Positions 25,526-37,800 are shown, counted from the stretch's first letter. The stretch is 64,000 nt of DNA from Negaprion brevirostris (GCA_030324005.1 JARDVH010000042.1:71442188-71506187); one strand, 5' to 3'. The notes: a model not told the origin generated them from the sequence alone. Numbers and translations are program-made.

Positions 25526-26261
25526 TAGACCAATAACTCAGATAATTGGGAGGATCATATGACATGATTTTAAGCTTTAAGACTTCTGTTGCGATAAAAA
25601 AAATTAAAGCATTTGCTCATTTGTTTGCTGTCACCATAGTCTTAACAAGGTGGTTGGCATTGTCTTGCTACTTCTCTGGCTAACTTCAAGCTATCCCCCA
25701 ATCCACATCTGAATGCTATCTACACATCTGATTCTTCTTCCATTTCTGTTTCTACCTTCAGTTTCTCCTTGAATTGTTGTCAGGACGAGGCTGCCTGGTC
25801 TTTGTTTACACTGTCTATACTTGGCTATCTTTCTCTCTGACTGTACTTAGCAAACCTTTCAATTCCTGAGTTACACATGGAGAAAACAGAGTTAATGTTT
25901 CAGATCAATAACCTTGCATCAGAATGGTCTGATGGAAACTACTTTTTCAACTTGGTTTTCAGCTCATTTTTAATAATAAGCAGGGGTAGACCTATTCTGT
26001 AGGAATAAATCTCCAGTTTTTCATTTGGTTAGGACTCAATGGTCTTTTATTAACACACCCACAATATTAAAGACAGATCTCATTGCAGATAGGGAGCTTG
26101 ACATTATTACACGGCATGAATTGCTGCTAAATACAGTATCTGAAATTAAATAAAATGTTTTATGTGTGATAGTCTGAGAGTTATTAAAAAACAAATATTT
26201 ATTTATTGTGCTCCATAAAATAACAAAGAAAAGTGTATTTATCTTTACTACAAATATCGAT

Positions 26262-26388
26262 GGCTGGAATTTTACCGGCCTGCCCGCCACAGGAAGCAAA
26301 GTGGGTGAGGGGCAGAGCATGGGAAGGTCCGTTGAATTCAGACAGGAGTTTACAGAGTTGAGACGAGCAAGACTGTAAAATCCCACCC
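26262..26388. mobile_element. MITE family B copy
   Basis: TIR ggctggaattttac ... gtaaaatcccaccc. Confidence 0.72.
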
Positions 26389-26567
26389 ATCAAATCTATT
26401 TGTTTTCTAGGATCTTAAGGAGTTTTTACAGTTTATTCGGTGATGTGAAACACTATAAATAAATAAAATATCTGTGAGGAGCATTGGAAACCAAAAGAAA
26501 AGTGTGATAGTATGCCTACTAATTAAAGAATTTCACCTACAATTTAAATCCTGAATTTTGAGACAAT

Positions 26568-26662
26568 GAGGGTAGTCTTGCCTTTAGGAGACAGTGGGAA
26601 AAACATAGGCAGCTAAATTGATATCACACACCTACACTAACACCTAAAGGCAAAATTACCCC
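26568..26662. mobile_element. ~95-bp MITE-like inverted-repeat element
   Basis: gggtagtcttgcctttagg ... cctaaaggcaaaattaccc (19-bp TIR, 2 mismatches). Confidence 0.65.
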
Positions 26663-27219
26663 AAATGTATACTCATTACGTTGAAAGATAAGGAGGAGAA
26701 ACTCCTCAATGTCATTATTTTTGAATTTGTTTCAAAGAGGTTGCATGGGGAAGTGAAGGAGAATGCAAAGAGAACAGTTCTATGAAAGTTGAGGCTAAAC
26801 TTGTGAATAATTTTTTTAAAAGCTGGGTTAACACTAATCTGCCAAAATTGAGAAATGAAAAATGTTTAAATGTTTGAGTTGAGACGTAACTCAAGTGTAA
26901 AATTGCATGGAAGCGCAGGTATATCAATTAGTTGTCTGACTGAGAAAGGTTACAGGATGCAATTTCTGCTGGACTACATGTGCAGATTAAATTGGTATAA
27001 TTGAGTCCATTCCACAGGGCAATGGGGCAATCAAATGATTCTAGTGTTATAGTCTGATCAATTTTCCTAATTTACACTTCACACTTCTCTTAATTGTGAA
27101 ACAAAAAAGGCACAGTAATTAAATTCTTGACTATCCTTTGTACCTGCTCAAATACATTAAAATAAATGCTTTGATTTTTAATTTATTATAGCCATAATAA
27201 TATTCCTTTGTTTTAACAG

Positions 27220-27350
27220 TTGTCCGAAACATCAAACGGCACAACATTGTCCTGAAGAGAGAGTTGGGTGAAGGAGCATTTGGCAAAGTGTTTCTTGCTG
27301 AATGTCATAACCTCTGCACAGAAGAAGACAAAACTTTGGTGGCAGTGAAG
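27220..27350 (+). CDS. NTRK2: NTRK2/TrkB coding exon, kinase subdomains I-II (Gly-rich loop, VAVK lysine; 131 nt)
   Basis: Acceptor ttttaacag|TTGTC and donor GTGAAG|gtataa. Translates (F)[43 protein letters not shown], in frame with the previous exon. Absent from the ORF track; found by reading. Confidence 0.95.
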
Positions 27351-29126
27351 GTATAAAACTATAGAATTTCAATTATTAATTTATGGCTTGGCCCAGAGCT
27401 CTTTGTGATAAATGCTTGTCTATCTTTCAGCTTCAGTAATCTTTTAAGTTGGGCTGTGTCAGACTAATGTAATGTCAAAAGAGCACGATACATGATCTCC
27501 ACCTTTAGATTTAAAAATATGGCCTGGTTTCATATGGCAGTGACAGTAGACCAGCTCGGCAAAACTGTCCATGGCAAATATAGGAACCTGATAACAGTGA
27601 GATGCAAGCATAGTCGATTCCACTTAGTTGACTACTTTCTATGTGAATATGTGTCGACTGAATGGAAATTGAAAACCTACTTGCTCTCTGTGCATAGTGT
27701 ATGTATTCCTGCCTTTTTGATGCCTTCTCTTGTACTTTCCTGTTAAATTATTAATTTATTGTCCAGATTACAAATTTCACCATGGTCATTGCTCATCTGA
27801 CGGTTAAACCTTACACAATTTGCTGTAGCGAGACACTTTTAACTTTACATCAAAGTGCAACAACTCATAACATCTCATTTCTGTTTGAAGTAGCTTAACT
27901 GCATCTTCTATTTATAATATTCTGTCTGAATTCTGATGTGCCATATACTGGAAATTAGATCAATTTCTGCAGCAAACTGAATGATTGATGTAACAGGAAT
28001 TGCCTATGGTGTAGTGTATGGAGACAATGTGGACTTTGAGGACTATTGCAAAATTGTCAGCAGTGTACCAAAGGAAAACAGAAAGGGGTTTTGTAGATTA
28101 TACCATGGATTTTATATGCAATAGTTTATGATGTGTGACCAAGAAACTGAGGTACCACTTCTGGATCAGGTTCCCTCTTTTTCAAAAACTGCTTTTAAAA
28201 ATAAAAATACAATGGCATGCAGTATATATAGAAAAAACATTGGCACAATATTTAATTACAGAAAGAAACCAGCTGTGAATAGGTTAAATACATTCGTGAC
28301 CCTGAAGTCGATTGAGTTATTTTGCAGCATTTTATAATCTGCAACGTTACTTTGGCTTATTTGGTAGCAATTTTGTCAGCATCTGAAGTCTGTGCATTCA
28401 ATATCTAGGCTGATGCTCAGTATTAACAGAATGCTGCATTGTAGCCAGTTCTGTTCTTATAATGAGATGTTAAACTGAGGGTTTGTCAGCCTATTTTGGT
28501 GGTTCAGGCAATTGCTAAAGTTCCCATTGTAATATATGAAAAACTACATGAAGAAAAACAAAAGGTTTTGGCTCGTTCCCTCAACCAATATTACTGACAA
28601 ATGATTAACTAGTTGGTTATTTATCACAATTATGTTTAAGGAACGTTGCTGAATGTTAGATGGTCGCTACATTTGTCTAACATTAGTTATGTCCTTCTCA
28701 GCAATTTGCTGTTTATGAATGTTTCTGTTGGATGTGATATGGCAATATAAAAATGCTAGTACTCAAACTTCACTGGTGTGTATCCTTTAGTTATGATTTA
28801 ATGTTTAGAAGCAGCCTATGCTTTAAGGATTAGTTTTAGAATACAGACTATTCCAAAATAACAGTCATCAGAGTATAAGATGCGTTGTTTTTGTACTGTA
28901 AGTTCTGATATATCTTAACACTGAGACAACTAATGTAACACCTGAGTAATTGATACCTGTGGCAATGTAATTGAGTTTATCTACAAAGACTAGTCCTCAA
29001 TCTTAACTGGGGTATCAGCAGTATGTGCCAATTAAAACCACTTGCATTTGCCTCCTATTAGTAAAACATTGGATACCTTTAGTAGATGGCTCTGGATAGA
29101 TACCCGTACCTGTCCATCCACTAGTT

Positions 29127-29460
29127 GGCATGGTGGCACACTGCTGCCTCACAGCGCCAGGGACCCGGGTTCAGTTCTGGCCATGGGTGACTGTCTGTGT
29201 GGAGTTTGCACTTTCTTGCTGTGATTGCATGAGTTTCCTCCGGGTGCTCCAGTTTCCTCCCACAGTCCAAAGATATGCAGGTTAGGTGGATNNNNNNNNN
29301 NNNNNNNNNNNNNNNNNNNNNNNNNNNNNNNNNNNNNNNNNNNNNNNNNNNNNNNNNNNNNNNNNNNNNNNNNNNNNNNNNNNNNNNNNNNTGAATGGCG
29401 GGGCAGGCTCGAAGGGCTGGATGGCCTACTCCTGCTCCTATTTCTTATGTTCTTATGTTC
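29127..29460 (+). mobile_element. HE1-like V-SINE (partly in gap), followed by CR1 3' pieces (-) and a Rex-type tail (29835-29990)
   Basis: ggcatggtggcacactgctgcctcacagcgccagggacccgggttc...cctgctcctatttcttatgttcttatg. Confidence 0.82.
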
Positions 29461-30418
29461 TTATTCACCACTGTCTGGCTGAAAAAACTCCTCCACATCT
29501 CTGTTTTAAAGGGTCATCCTTTTAGCCTGAGGTTGTGCCCTCTGGTTCTAGTTTTTCCTGCTATTGGGAACATCCTCTCCACATCCACTCTATTCAGGCC
29601 TCGCGGTATCCTGTAAGATCCTTCTAAACTCTAGCCCTCATCCTTGACATTTTCTCGGTCCCACACACTTCCCACACCCCATCCATGGCAGCTAATATAC
29701 TCCACCCATAGTTTTCTCAGCCCCATTCTCCTGCCTTTTCCCTGTAACCCTTGATCCCCTTATTGATCAAGAACCTATCTATCTCTGATCATCTTTGATC
29801 TTTGAACCTATCCATCTCTGATCAGCTTTGATTCTTCTCTACACCCTAGCTATGACTGTAACACTACATTCTGCACCCTCTCCTTTCCTTGTCTACATAT
29901 AGGATGCTTTGTCTGTATAGTGTGCAAGAAGCAATACTTTCACCGTATACTAATGCATGTGACAATAATCAATCAAAGATCAAAGATCACTTTTACACTA
30001 CTTACACAAATGTGGCTTCATGAAATCAATGGCTTGCCACTGCCCCTTTAGAGGAGAAGAACATTTGAGTTAAAGACGTAGCTAATGATAATGTAGTTTT
30101 TACTATTCCATTGCTGCAAAGGGGAAATGCCCAGGCATCCTTTCCTGCTTTGGCAACTGTCAGTCACATAATGATGTTACCCCTTCTGTACACCAGGTGC
30201 TCTCTGATGTGGGAGGGCTAATTTTATGAATGTGTGTTGCTATGGGGAGCCTTGTCTTTTGGGAGCGCACTCCCAATGCCTTCCCATCCATTCAGATTAA
30301 TTTTAATGGTTGGGAATAGTGGAAGCACAGCTGGTGGGTGAGGCTCCCTGCTAGGAGAGCAATCCTGTGTAATTGGCTGCCTGTTATGCAAACGATGTAA
30401 GAAGACCTGTTATCTGAA

Positions 30419-30518
30419 GGGAAGATTTCCTCTGTGTGTTACTTACGGCAAGCTCCAAAGTACCTTTCAGAAGATTGAATTTAGGATCCGCTTCTCATCA
30501 CACAGAGGAAATCTTCCC
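30419..30518. mobile_element. 100-bp MITE with perfect 20-bp TIR
   Basis: GGGAAGATTTCCTCTGTGTG ... CACACAGAGGAAATCTTCCC, flanked by gaa and taa. Confidence 0.8.
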
Positions 30519-30610
30519 TAAATGTGTGAATTAGTGTTTAGGTTTTAGTACACAGAAACATCCATTAACAAAAAAATGTATTGCTGAGATCAGGAAAACT
30601 GTCAACAAAT

Positions 30611-31280
30611 GTGGGTGGTTAGCACTGATATCTCACAGCGCCAGCGACCCCGGTTCAATTCCAGCCTTGGGTAGCTGTGTGGAATTGGCACATTTCCCAT
30701 TGACGCTGTCTATACTTCCAGCTGCCGCGGCAAAGCAGCCAGCATAATTAAGGACCCCATGCACCCCGGACATTCTCTCTTCCACCTTATTCCGTTGGGA
30801 GAAAGATACAAAAGCCTGAGGTCACATACCAACCGGTTCAAGAACAGCTTCTTCCCTGCCACCATCAGACGTATGAATAGACCTACCCTGCATTAAGTTG
30901 ATCTTTCGCTACACCCTAACTATGACTGTAACACTGCATTCTGCACTCTCTCCTTTCCTTCTCTTTGAATGATATTCTTTGTCTGCATAGCGTGCAAGAA
31001 ACAATACTTTTCACTAATACATGCAACAATAATAAATCAAATCAAATCAAATCAAATGTCTGTGTGGGTTTCCTTTGTGTGCTCCAGTTTCCTCCCACAG
31101 TCCAAAGATATGCAGGTTAGGTGGATTGGCCAAACTAAATGTCCCTTACTGTCCCAAGGTGTGTAGGTTAGGTGGATTAGCTATGGTAAATATATAGTGA
31201 TATGAGGGTAGGGTCTGGAGTAAGATGCTCTGTCAGAGAGTCTGTGCAAACTCAAAGGGCTGAATAATCCCTTCTGCACT
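30611..31280 (+). mobile_element. HE1-like V-SINE split by a Rex/Babar LINE 3' insertion (about 30698-31036)
   Basis: The SINE head ends ...gcacatttccc and resumes tgtctgtgtgggtttcc after (atcaa)n. The insert matches the reverse complement of 41000-41330. Confidence 0.85.
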
Positions 31281-31462
31281 GTAGGGATTCTATGATTCTC
31301 TCAGGTAGAAAATGATATACGGGACACAAGCTCCATAGAGTCTATATTAGATATAGGGAATCTTTAAATTTCCCAGAACAAATTTTACAAGCTGTCTTGT
31401 CTTTTGAGCAGTCAGCTTTTCCAAATCCTCAAACTGTGTGTTTTTCATTAGGTTGCTTATAG

Positions 31463-31756
<294 letters not shown>

Positions 31757-31809
31757 TAGATTGTTACTATAGTGTTACCATTTTGGTGCTGAAAACTGAG
31801 TAAAAATAG

Positions 31810-31911
31810 CAAAAGCAAATTACAGTGGATGCTGGAAATCTGAAATAAAAATGGAAAATGCTGGGAATATTCAGCATACCTGGAAATATCTGTGAGAGAG
31901 AAACGGAGTTA
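31810..31911. mobile_element. Penelope-like terminal-repeat fragment
   Basis: ggatgctggaaatctgaaataaaaatggaaaatgctgggaatattcagc...tctgtgagagagaaacggagtta, recognised as a common elasmobranch Penelope-type repeat. A related piece lies at about 25875-25940. Confidence 0.5.
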
Positions 31912-32166
31912 CTAGGTGGAATTTGAACCTGACAAGGAGGTTGGATATCTGAGCGGGAAGCAGGTTAAAAGAGCTGATACTGCCAGTTTATTAGGAAACC
32001 AGCAGGAATCTGACAAGTTTTAAGCTGAGTGTGATTGCATGAGGAACCCCCTCTGGCAGATGGACCAGCTATTTACATATGTAAACTACCCATCATTTGC
32101 TTCTTCAACCTTGAATTATGACATGAATATCACTCACTGGTTTTCCCAGCTTCCTGAACATGCTGG

Positions 32167-32386
32167 AGAAAGTGAGAGGATAGTGGGAAGAAAGTGAGAG
32201 GGTAGTGGAAAGAAAGTGAGAGGATAGTGGGAAGAAAGTGAGAGGATAGTGGGAAGAAAGTGAGAGGATAGTGGGAAGAAAGTGAGAGGATAGTGGAAAG
32301 AAAGTGAGAGGGTAGTGGAAAGAAAGTGAGAGGATAGTGGAAAGAAAGTGAGAGGATAGTGGGAAGAAAGTGAGAGGATAGTGGGA
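32167..32386 (+). repeat. 22-bp purine-rich minisatellite (gaaagtgagaggatagtgg[g/a]aa) x10
   Basis: Near-perfect tandem units with two variable positions. Confidence 0.95.
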
Positions 32387-32719
32387 GATGAGAGGCCTGA
32401 GCAATTAACAGCTAAGGAATATTTTAAACACTGTTACCTTGCACCTGTTCCTTGCCTAAGTGAAAATCTTTTGGTCACAGAATCTATTTGGAGAATGTGC
32501 TTTCACTGCTTGAGAGGCAATTTTCAAGACTTTGAATGTTCTTTTACAATCATGGAGTTTTTTTGCCTTTGATCTTTTCTCCCAGCTGTCAACATTCTCA
32601 TCAGCAAGGGAGATCCTTATGTAGATCTACCTTGAGGAACAAGAGGAGCATCAGGAGCAGCAGCCTTCTCTTTAATCATTGCGGCTTCACAGGACAGAGG
32701 CAATAAACACAGAGCCCCA

Positions 32720-33720
32720 ACTCACAGGAGGCAATACCCACCAAAATGGGTTTATAGATAAAGGATATGACTGAGCACCAGTGCCTCAGGATGCTCAGAC
32801 TCTCTTATCAGGTGGTCTGCCTTTGTCCTGCTATTGCAGAAGCCAACCTGCCAAATGGACCAGGTGATCACACATTAGGGTGAGAGTCAAAGTGGCCACA
32901 GCCTTTAATCTCTTCATCTCTAGTTCCTTCCAGGAATCAGTTGACGATATTTGTAGGATCTCAGGCTGCTGCCCACAAGTGTATCTTACAGGTACCATGT
33001 TTACTTGGGTCAGCATTTGTGTGCACTCTGCAACTGGTGAGGTCAAGTCAGAAGAACAGGCACTCCGATTTGACACCCTGCCTGGCTTCTCATAGGTCCA
33101 AGGAGTCAGCTACTGCACACACGTGACGATCACGGTGGCCTCAGATTACTCTGGAATCTTTGCCAATCAAGGACATCAATGTTTAGCTCAACTGCAAGAG
33201 ATTGTCATTATGTCTGTGCAAGATTCCCAGGAAACTGCCATGATGCATTAATCTTGTGCCAGTCAAATCTTCCAGAGATATTCACACCTTGAAGTAAAAT
33301 TAACGATTGGCTCCATGAAGACTTTCTGAGGATATGGGTGATGTTATCACTAAGGAGCCCAAAACTGATGCTCAAGAAAAGTACAACTAACACTACAAGA
33401 ACACTAGAGTTGTAACTGAGCAAGCAATCAGACTGCTGCAGTGCGATTCATGTGCTTGGACAGATCTGAGGGCACCCTTCATTAAACAGACAAAACAGGA
33501 GCTGGTATAGGCCATTGAAGTCCACTTTACCATTCAATATGGTTGATTTTCCAGCTCAACTCCTATCTTCCTGCATTATCGTCACATCACTTAATACCTT
33601 TAGTAAACAAAAATCTATCGATCTCTATTAGTATACATCAGTCAGAGTTTGCAGAATGATAGTGTTCTGCTGTGCCTTGTACAACATTGAATTGCAATTA
33701 GGGCTAAAGCTCCAGAGGGA
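32720..33720 (+). pseudogene. Harbinger (HARBI1-like) DDE transposase pseudogene
   Basis: Ordered motifs across frameshifts: VKVATAFNLFISSSFQ..DICRISQAAAHKCI; PGFS*VQGVSYCTHVTI; VCARFPGNCHDALIL; EKYN*HYKNTRVVTEQAIRLL..RFMCLDRSEGTL; RVCRMIVFCCALYNI. Interrupted by a ~150-bp CR1-like 3' piece at about 33490-33635. Confidence 0.85.
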
Positions 33721-33762
33721 GAAGGTGATGAACACTCTGCATCTTCAGAAGAGGAGCAACGG

Positions 33763-34074
33763 GGGAGCAGCAAGGAGACCAGGAGGAGCAGCAAGGAGAC
33801 CAGGAGGAGCAGCCAGGAGATCAGGAGGAGCAGCCAGGAGATCAGGAGGAGCAGCATGGAGACCAGGAGGAGCAGCCAGGAGATCAGGAGGAGCAGCANN
33901 NNNNNNNNNNNNNNNNNNNNNNNNNNNNNNNNNNNNNNNNNNNNNNNNNNNNNNNNNNNNNNNNNNNNNNNNNNNNNNNNNNNNNNNNNNNNNNNNNNGA
34001 CCAGGAGGAGCAGCAAGGAGACCAGGAGGAGCAGCAAGGAGACCAGGAGGAGCAGCAAGGAGACCAGGAGGAGC
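33763..34074 (+). repeat. 21-bp minisatellite (ggaggagcagcaaggagacca)n spanning an N gap
   Basis: Tandem units on both sides of a 100-N gap. This repeat explains the GGAARRP, LLLLVS and SSKETRR ORFs. Confidence 0.93.
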
Positions 34075-35996
34075 ATGATGTGGCGAGGACACCAACAACT
34101 GCACTCATAGCTGTCAGGGATGACTAGAACAATCTGATTCAGGCATGTTACATTTAACCTGAGTGAGTGCAGCCATTTACCATACCAATTCTGAAGCCAC
34201 TGTGCCCTTCCACAACAGAGCAGCCCCACACTGAACAATCATCACTGAACATGAGAAAATTGAATAGTGAAATCAATTTTATGGTACGAAAGAACACTGT
34301 TTTAAAATCAGAGTAAATATCCTTTTGCAAATACAAATTTTTCTGTTTGTACTACTGCTATATGGTGCTTATGTGGCTTCAACTGAGCTACAGGCAGGCA
34401 GCTCTTTCCTCTACTCTGACAGATCAGATGCTCTTGACTGACAGCCTCTGAGCTTGAGAGGTTGGAAAAGCCCTCCCAAAGACACACCAGCATATAAGCA
34501 GCAGGGCAAATCTGGACATCAGGGCAGGAAGCAGCATGTGGGGAGGGGACATGGAACAAAGTCTCCACTTCTGTGTTCCCATTCTCCATCTTCCCTCTCA
34601 TAGTCCACCCATACTTCCCTGCTAGCCAAGAGTTGCAGAACACATAGCTGCACTTCAGTGGGATACTGAATGCCAAGGCAAACTCTCCCACAGTCCTGCT
34701 TAATCCTGAGTGAGCAAACCAGTGGGGAGGGCTGTCATGTACTCTGTGGATTGTTGCATCTGATGCTTCACATAGGAGGCCACTCTTTCCATGGCTGTAG
34801 GCATGAGGGTGAATGTCAGTGGTGGCAGGTCAGATGAGGATGCAGGGAGGTGCCTCAAAAGAGAGGGATGGGACACCCACAAGGTGTTGACTTGAGACTA
34901 GCTGGAGAAGGCTGGGAAAGGCAGAGTGAGGGAAGATATTCCATGCCACTTGCCTTTCCTGACAGAGTCATTGCACCTCCTGCAGGACCAGTGAGCCACT
35001 CTCCAACTCGCTGATCTCCCTGCCATTTCAAATGGCAGCTGTTTATTTTCCAAATTGCCTGTGGGGAACAGAATCTCTCTACAGCAACCTCTCAAGATAC
35101 ATTGCTGTAGTGTGGCGCTACATTGCCATATTAATCCTCCATACCTTCCTGATTTTGATTCCGTCGACAAATCTTTGATATCCTTCAAGTCTGACCCTCT
35201 TCAGGCCCCTTTAAATAATTGAGCTGAAATAAACTGATGTGGGTACTTCTCACGTTCGTCCACTCTAATTGGTCAGGAAACACAGAGGTCAGATGCATAT
35301 GGGTTAAAAAGCTATTGAGAAGCGCACTGCTAAAATGCCTGGCTTCCTGATTCACTCCTGGCCTCCCTCCCTGTGGGTAGGTCTTTGATTCAGCCCACCT
35401 TTTCAGAACAGGGGTGAAACTATACAGTGGAATGAATCAAAACGATATTGGGATAATGATACAGCAACATGCAATAACATTAACAATTGGCTATTATAAC
35501 AAGCTTCTCATGATGACACATATTTCCATGTGTGATCTGAGTATGCCACACTTCCCTATTAAATTCCTGTTTTCTCTGGTAACTAATATAAAACATAAAG
35601 GGTGAAATTGATCTTTGGTGATAGCACAAAACAGGCAATCGATGTCCTGTTTTACACTCTGCTCGATTTTCTCTTTCGTTGATATGGTGTAGAATGAACT
35701 GCTGATTCATTATCACCCTTCTTGTGTGATTGTCAAAAGCCAATTTCAACCTCATAGTTTCTCCTATCCCTTCACTACATTGCAAAGCAATAGCTGTTGT
35801 GTACAAGTGTTCTTGTAAAAGCTCAATTTCCAAAGCAGCAGCAAAAAAAAGGGGTTGACTTGATAATTCCGTCACTTAGATCATCGGTTGAAAATAACCA
35901 TTTTAAAGCAGTCGGGAATAACATAGAACGAGACTCCCTGGCCTTCCCTCAGCCTTTATCTCGGTAGCAGGAGATGACGTAGCATTTGTTGGCTAC

Positions 35997-36133
35997 AGGA
36001 TCCTCTGGTTCCACCGCTATCAATGGGAATTCCCACTGAAATCACCCCACGCTGCCTGGAAAACCTACGGCAGGATGTGCACTGCCATTGGGACTAGAGA
36101 ATCCCACTGGCGCGAACAGCCAGAGAATCCCAG
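35997..36133. mobile_element. Small palindromic MITE (family C; a related copy lies at 61031-61252)
   Basis: Shares the core tcaatggga(a/t)tcccactga with 61142-61161 and has inverted termini. Confidence 0.55.
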
Positions 36134-36646
36134 ACATAATTTCCATTTATTTGTATAAATGCAATTATTCTAATTACTGGCAAAAAGATCTTTGAATAGA
36201 TTTTTTGAATTATCTTTATAACCTATAACAAGATGTCAATAGGAAAGAGGGATGGTTTATAGGATTCCTCTTTAAAGTCAGCATATTTTTAAACTGCCTT
36301 TCATTACAGAATAATATTCACACTGTTATCATTCTTGATACCATAACTTTGGAGATAAACTGGAACAAAATTAATCATGGTCCAATTTTGGGCACAAACC
36401 ATCAACCTGCCTGAGGCAAGGCCACAAATGGAAGGCAGGATATTCTTTGGGTGACTCATTGGCACCTGATGTGCCTTGACAGGCAGCTCACCTCTTTTCA
36501 TGATATAAATATCAGACCACTTGCCTTCCTGGCAGTAGCTTGAATGCATTTTGCAGTATGTGATGGGGAGAAGCAATGGAGAGTGTTTAATTGTGATTCC
36601 TGTTGAGTCAGTGGAGCTCTGCCACCTCGAATGGCTCCAGAACAAT

Positions 36647-37800
36647 GGGGGCAATCTTAAGCCAGCGTTCATCATCTGTGGGAATGTCGGCAGCTGCTCA
36701 AGATCCGGCAAAAGACAAAAGTCGCAAACCTTGCTGATGAGATTATGACTTCCGATTTTCCCTGCCCCATCGCTGGCGATGTAATCAGGTTAATGCCCAC
36801 AATGGGTGTAAATCAGGTTTAAATACATAATCATACACTTGCATATTATTAAAGGCCCCCTCACGGTAAATTGAGCCGGAGGCATATTTAAAACTGCGCT
36901 GATGTGATGTCATGTCGACATGGATTACAGCAAGTTGGCCCAGAGGTGCACCTGTCATGGGGATCCACCCCTGGGGGCATAAAGCTGAGTATAGTCCCCA
37001 GGGCAGAGGGGCATTTTCAGGCAATGCCAGGGCAGATCCCAGTGTGAGAGTCATGGGGGAGGGGGAAATTCATTTATTCCTGGTGGTGGGGGAAGCGGAC
37101 GTGGGAGCTGAGGATGCGAGCAATCGTGGTTTGGGGTAGGTGGATCGGTGCCGATTGTGTGGATGGGGGTTTGGGCAGACGCGGTCTAATGTTTGAAGGG
37201 AAAGGGTGAGGTTGGGAGCTAGCATTGACTGTTGTTGGGGGTGGGGGGGGTGAAGTTTGGAAGAAGGGGTCTGATGTTTAAAGGGAAAGTTGGGGAGTGG
37301 GTGCCGGCATTGACTATATGGGTGGCGGGTTGGGGGTAAGGGGTCTGATGTTCAGGGAGGGAAGAGGGAATGCCAGCATTGACAGTGTGGGTTGGGGGTT
37401 GAGGGAAAGAGGTCCGATGTTCTGGGGGGATGGGGGAGGGGACGTCAGCATCCGCAGTGGGGTGAGGGCAGGTTTTTGGCCTGATCAGGGCATCTTTTAA
37501 ACATGGCACCTAGTTTGCAGTGCAGCCAACCTTTGCTGGCATTTTGAGGCCTCACCCATCTACATGATGGTGTGAAACATACCTACCTGTTTTTTTTAAT
37601 AACAGACTGTGGTAAGATNNNNNNNNNNNNNNNNNNNNNNNNNNNNNNNNNNNNNNNNNNNNNNNNNNNNNNNNNNNNNNNNNNNNNNNNNNNNNNNNNN
37701 NNNNNNNNNNNNNNNNNNCAGACTGTGGTAAGATCTGGAGAGGAATGCACCATTTTTCTTGTCAGAACTAATACTGCCATTGTTTGGTAAGATTTTGCCA
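36647..37800. mobile_element. ~1.15-kb MITE-like element with a G-rich degenerate tandem interior
   Basis: Termini ggggcaatctta ... taagattttgcc. Internal ~60-70-bp units (gccagcattgac...ggtctgatgtt) repeat 3-4 times. Confidence 0.6.

Larger units (their letters stand above)
31915..35425. mobile_element. Decayed autonomous-type PIF/Harbinger DNA transposon (boundaries approximate)
   Basis: Contains a + strand DDE transposase pseudogene and a convergent - strand Myb/SANT-like remnant (about 34930-35100: REILFP...WSCRRCNDSVRKGK). Left end ggtggaattt resembles the MITE termini. Confidence 0.7.

Noticed and set aside
32720-33720. Possible nested functional HARBI1-like gene
   Set aside because: Multiple stops and frameshifts, lost catalytic Asp residues, and an inserted LINE piece.
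33642-34238. Long ORFs on both strands (poly-Leu, GGAARRP, AAPPG)
   Set aside because: Artefacts of a stop-free 21-bp tandem repeat plus an N gap.
36935-36955. WPRGAP, resembling the human TrkB-T-Shc tail (WPRGSP...)
   Set aside because: It lies in the wrong intron, inside a MITE-like repeat, with no suitable acceptor; a chance match.
37600-37735. cagactgtggtaagat duplicated on both sides of a 100-N gap
   Set aside because: Most likely an unmerged contig overlap (assembly artefact). The many gaps of about 10 or 100 N look like placeholder sizes.
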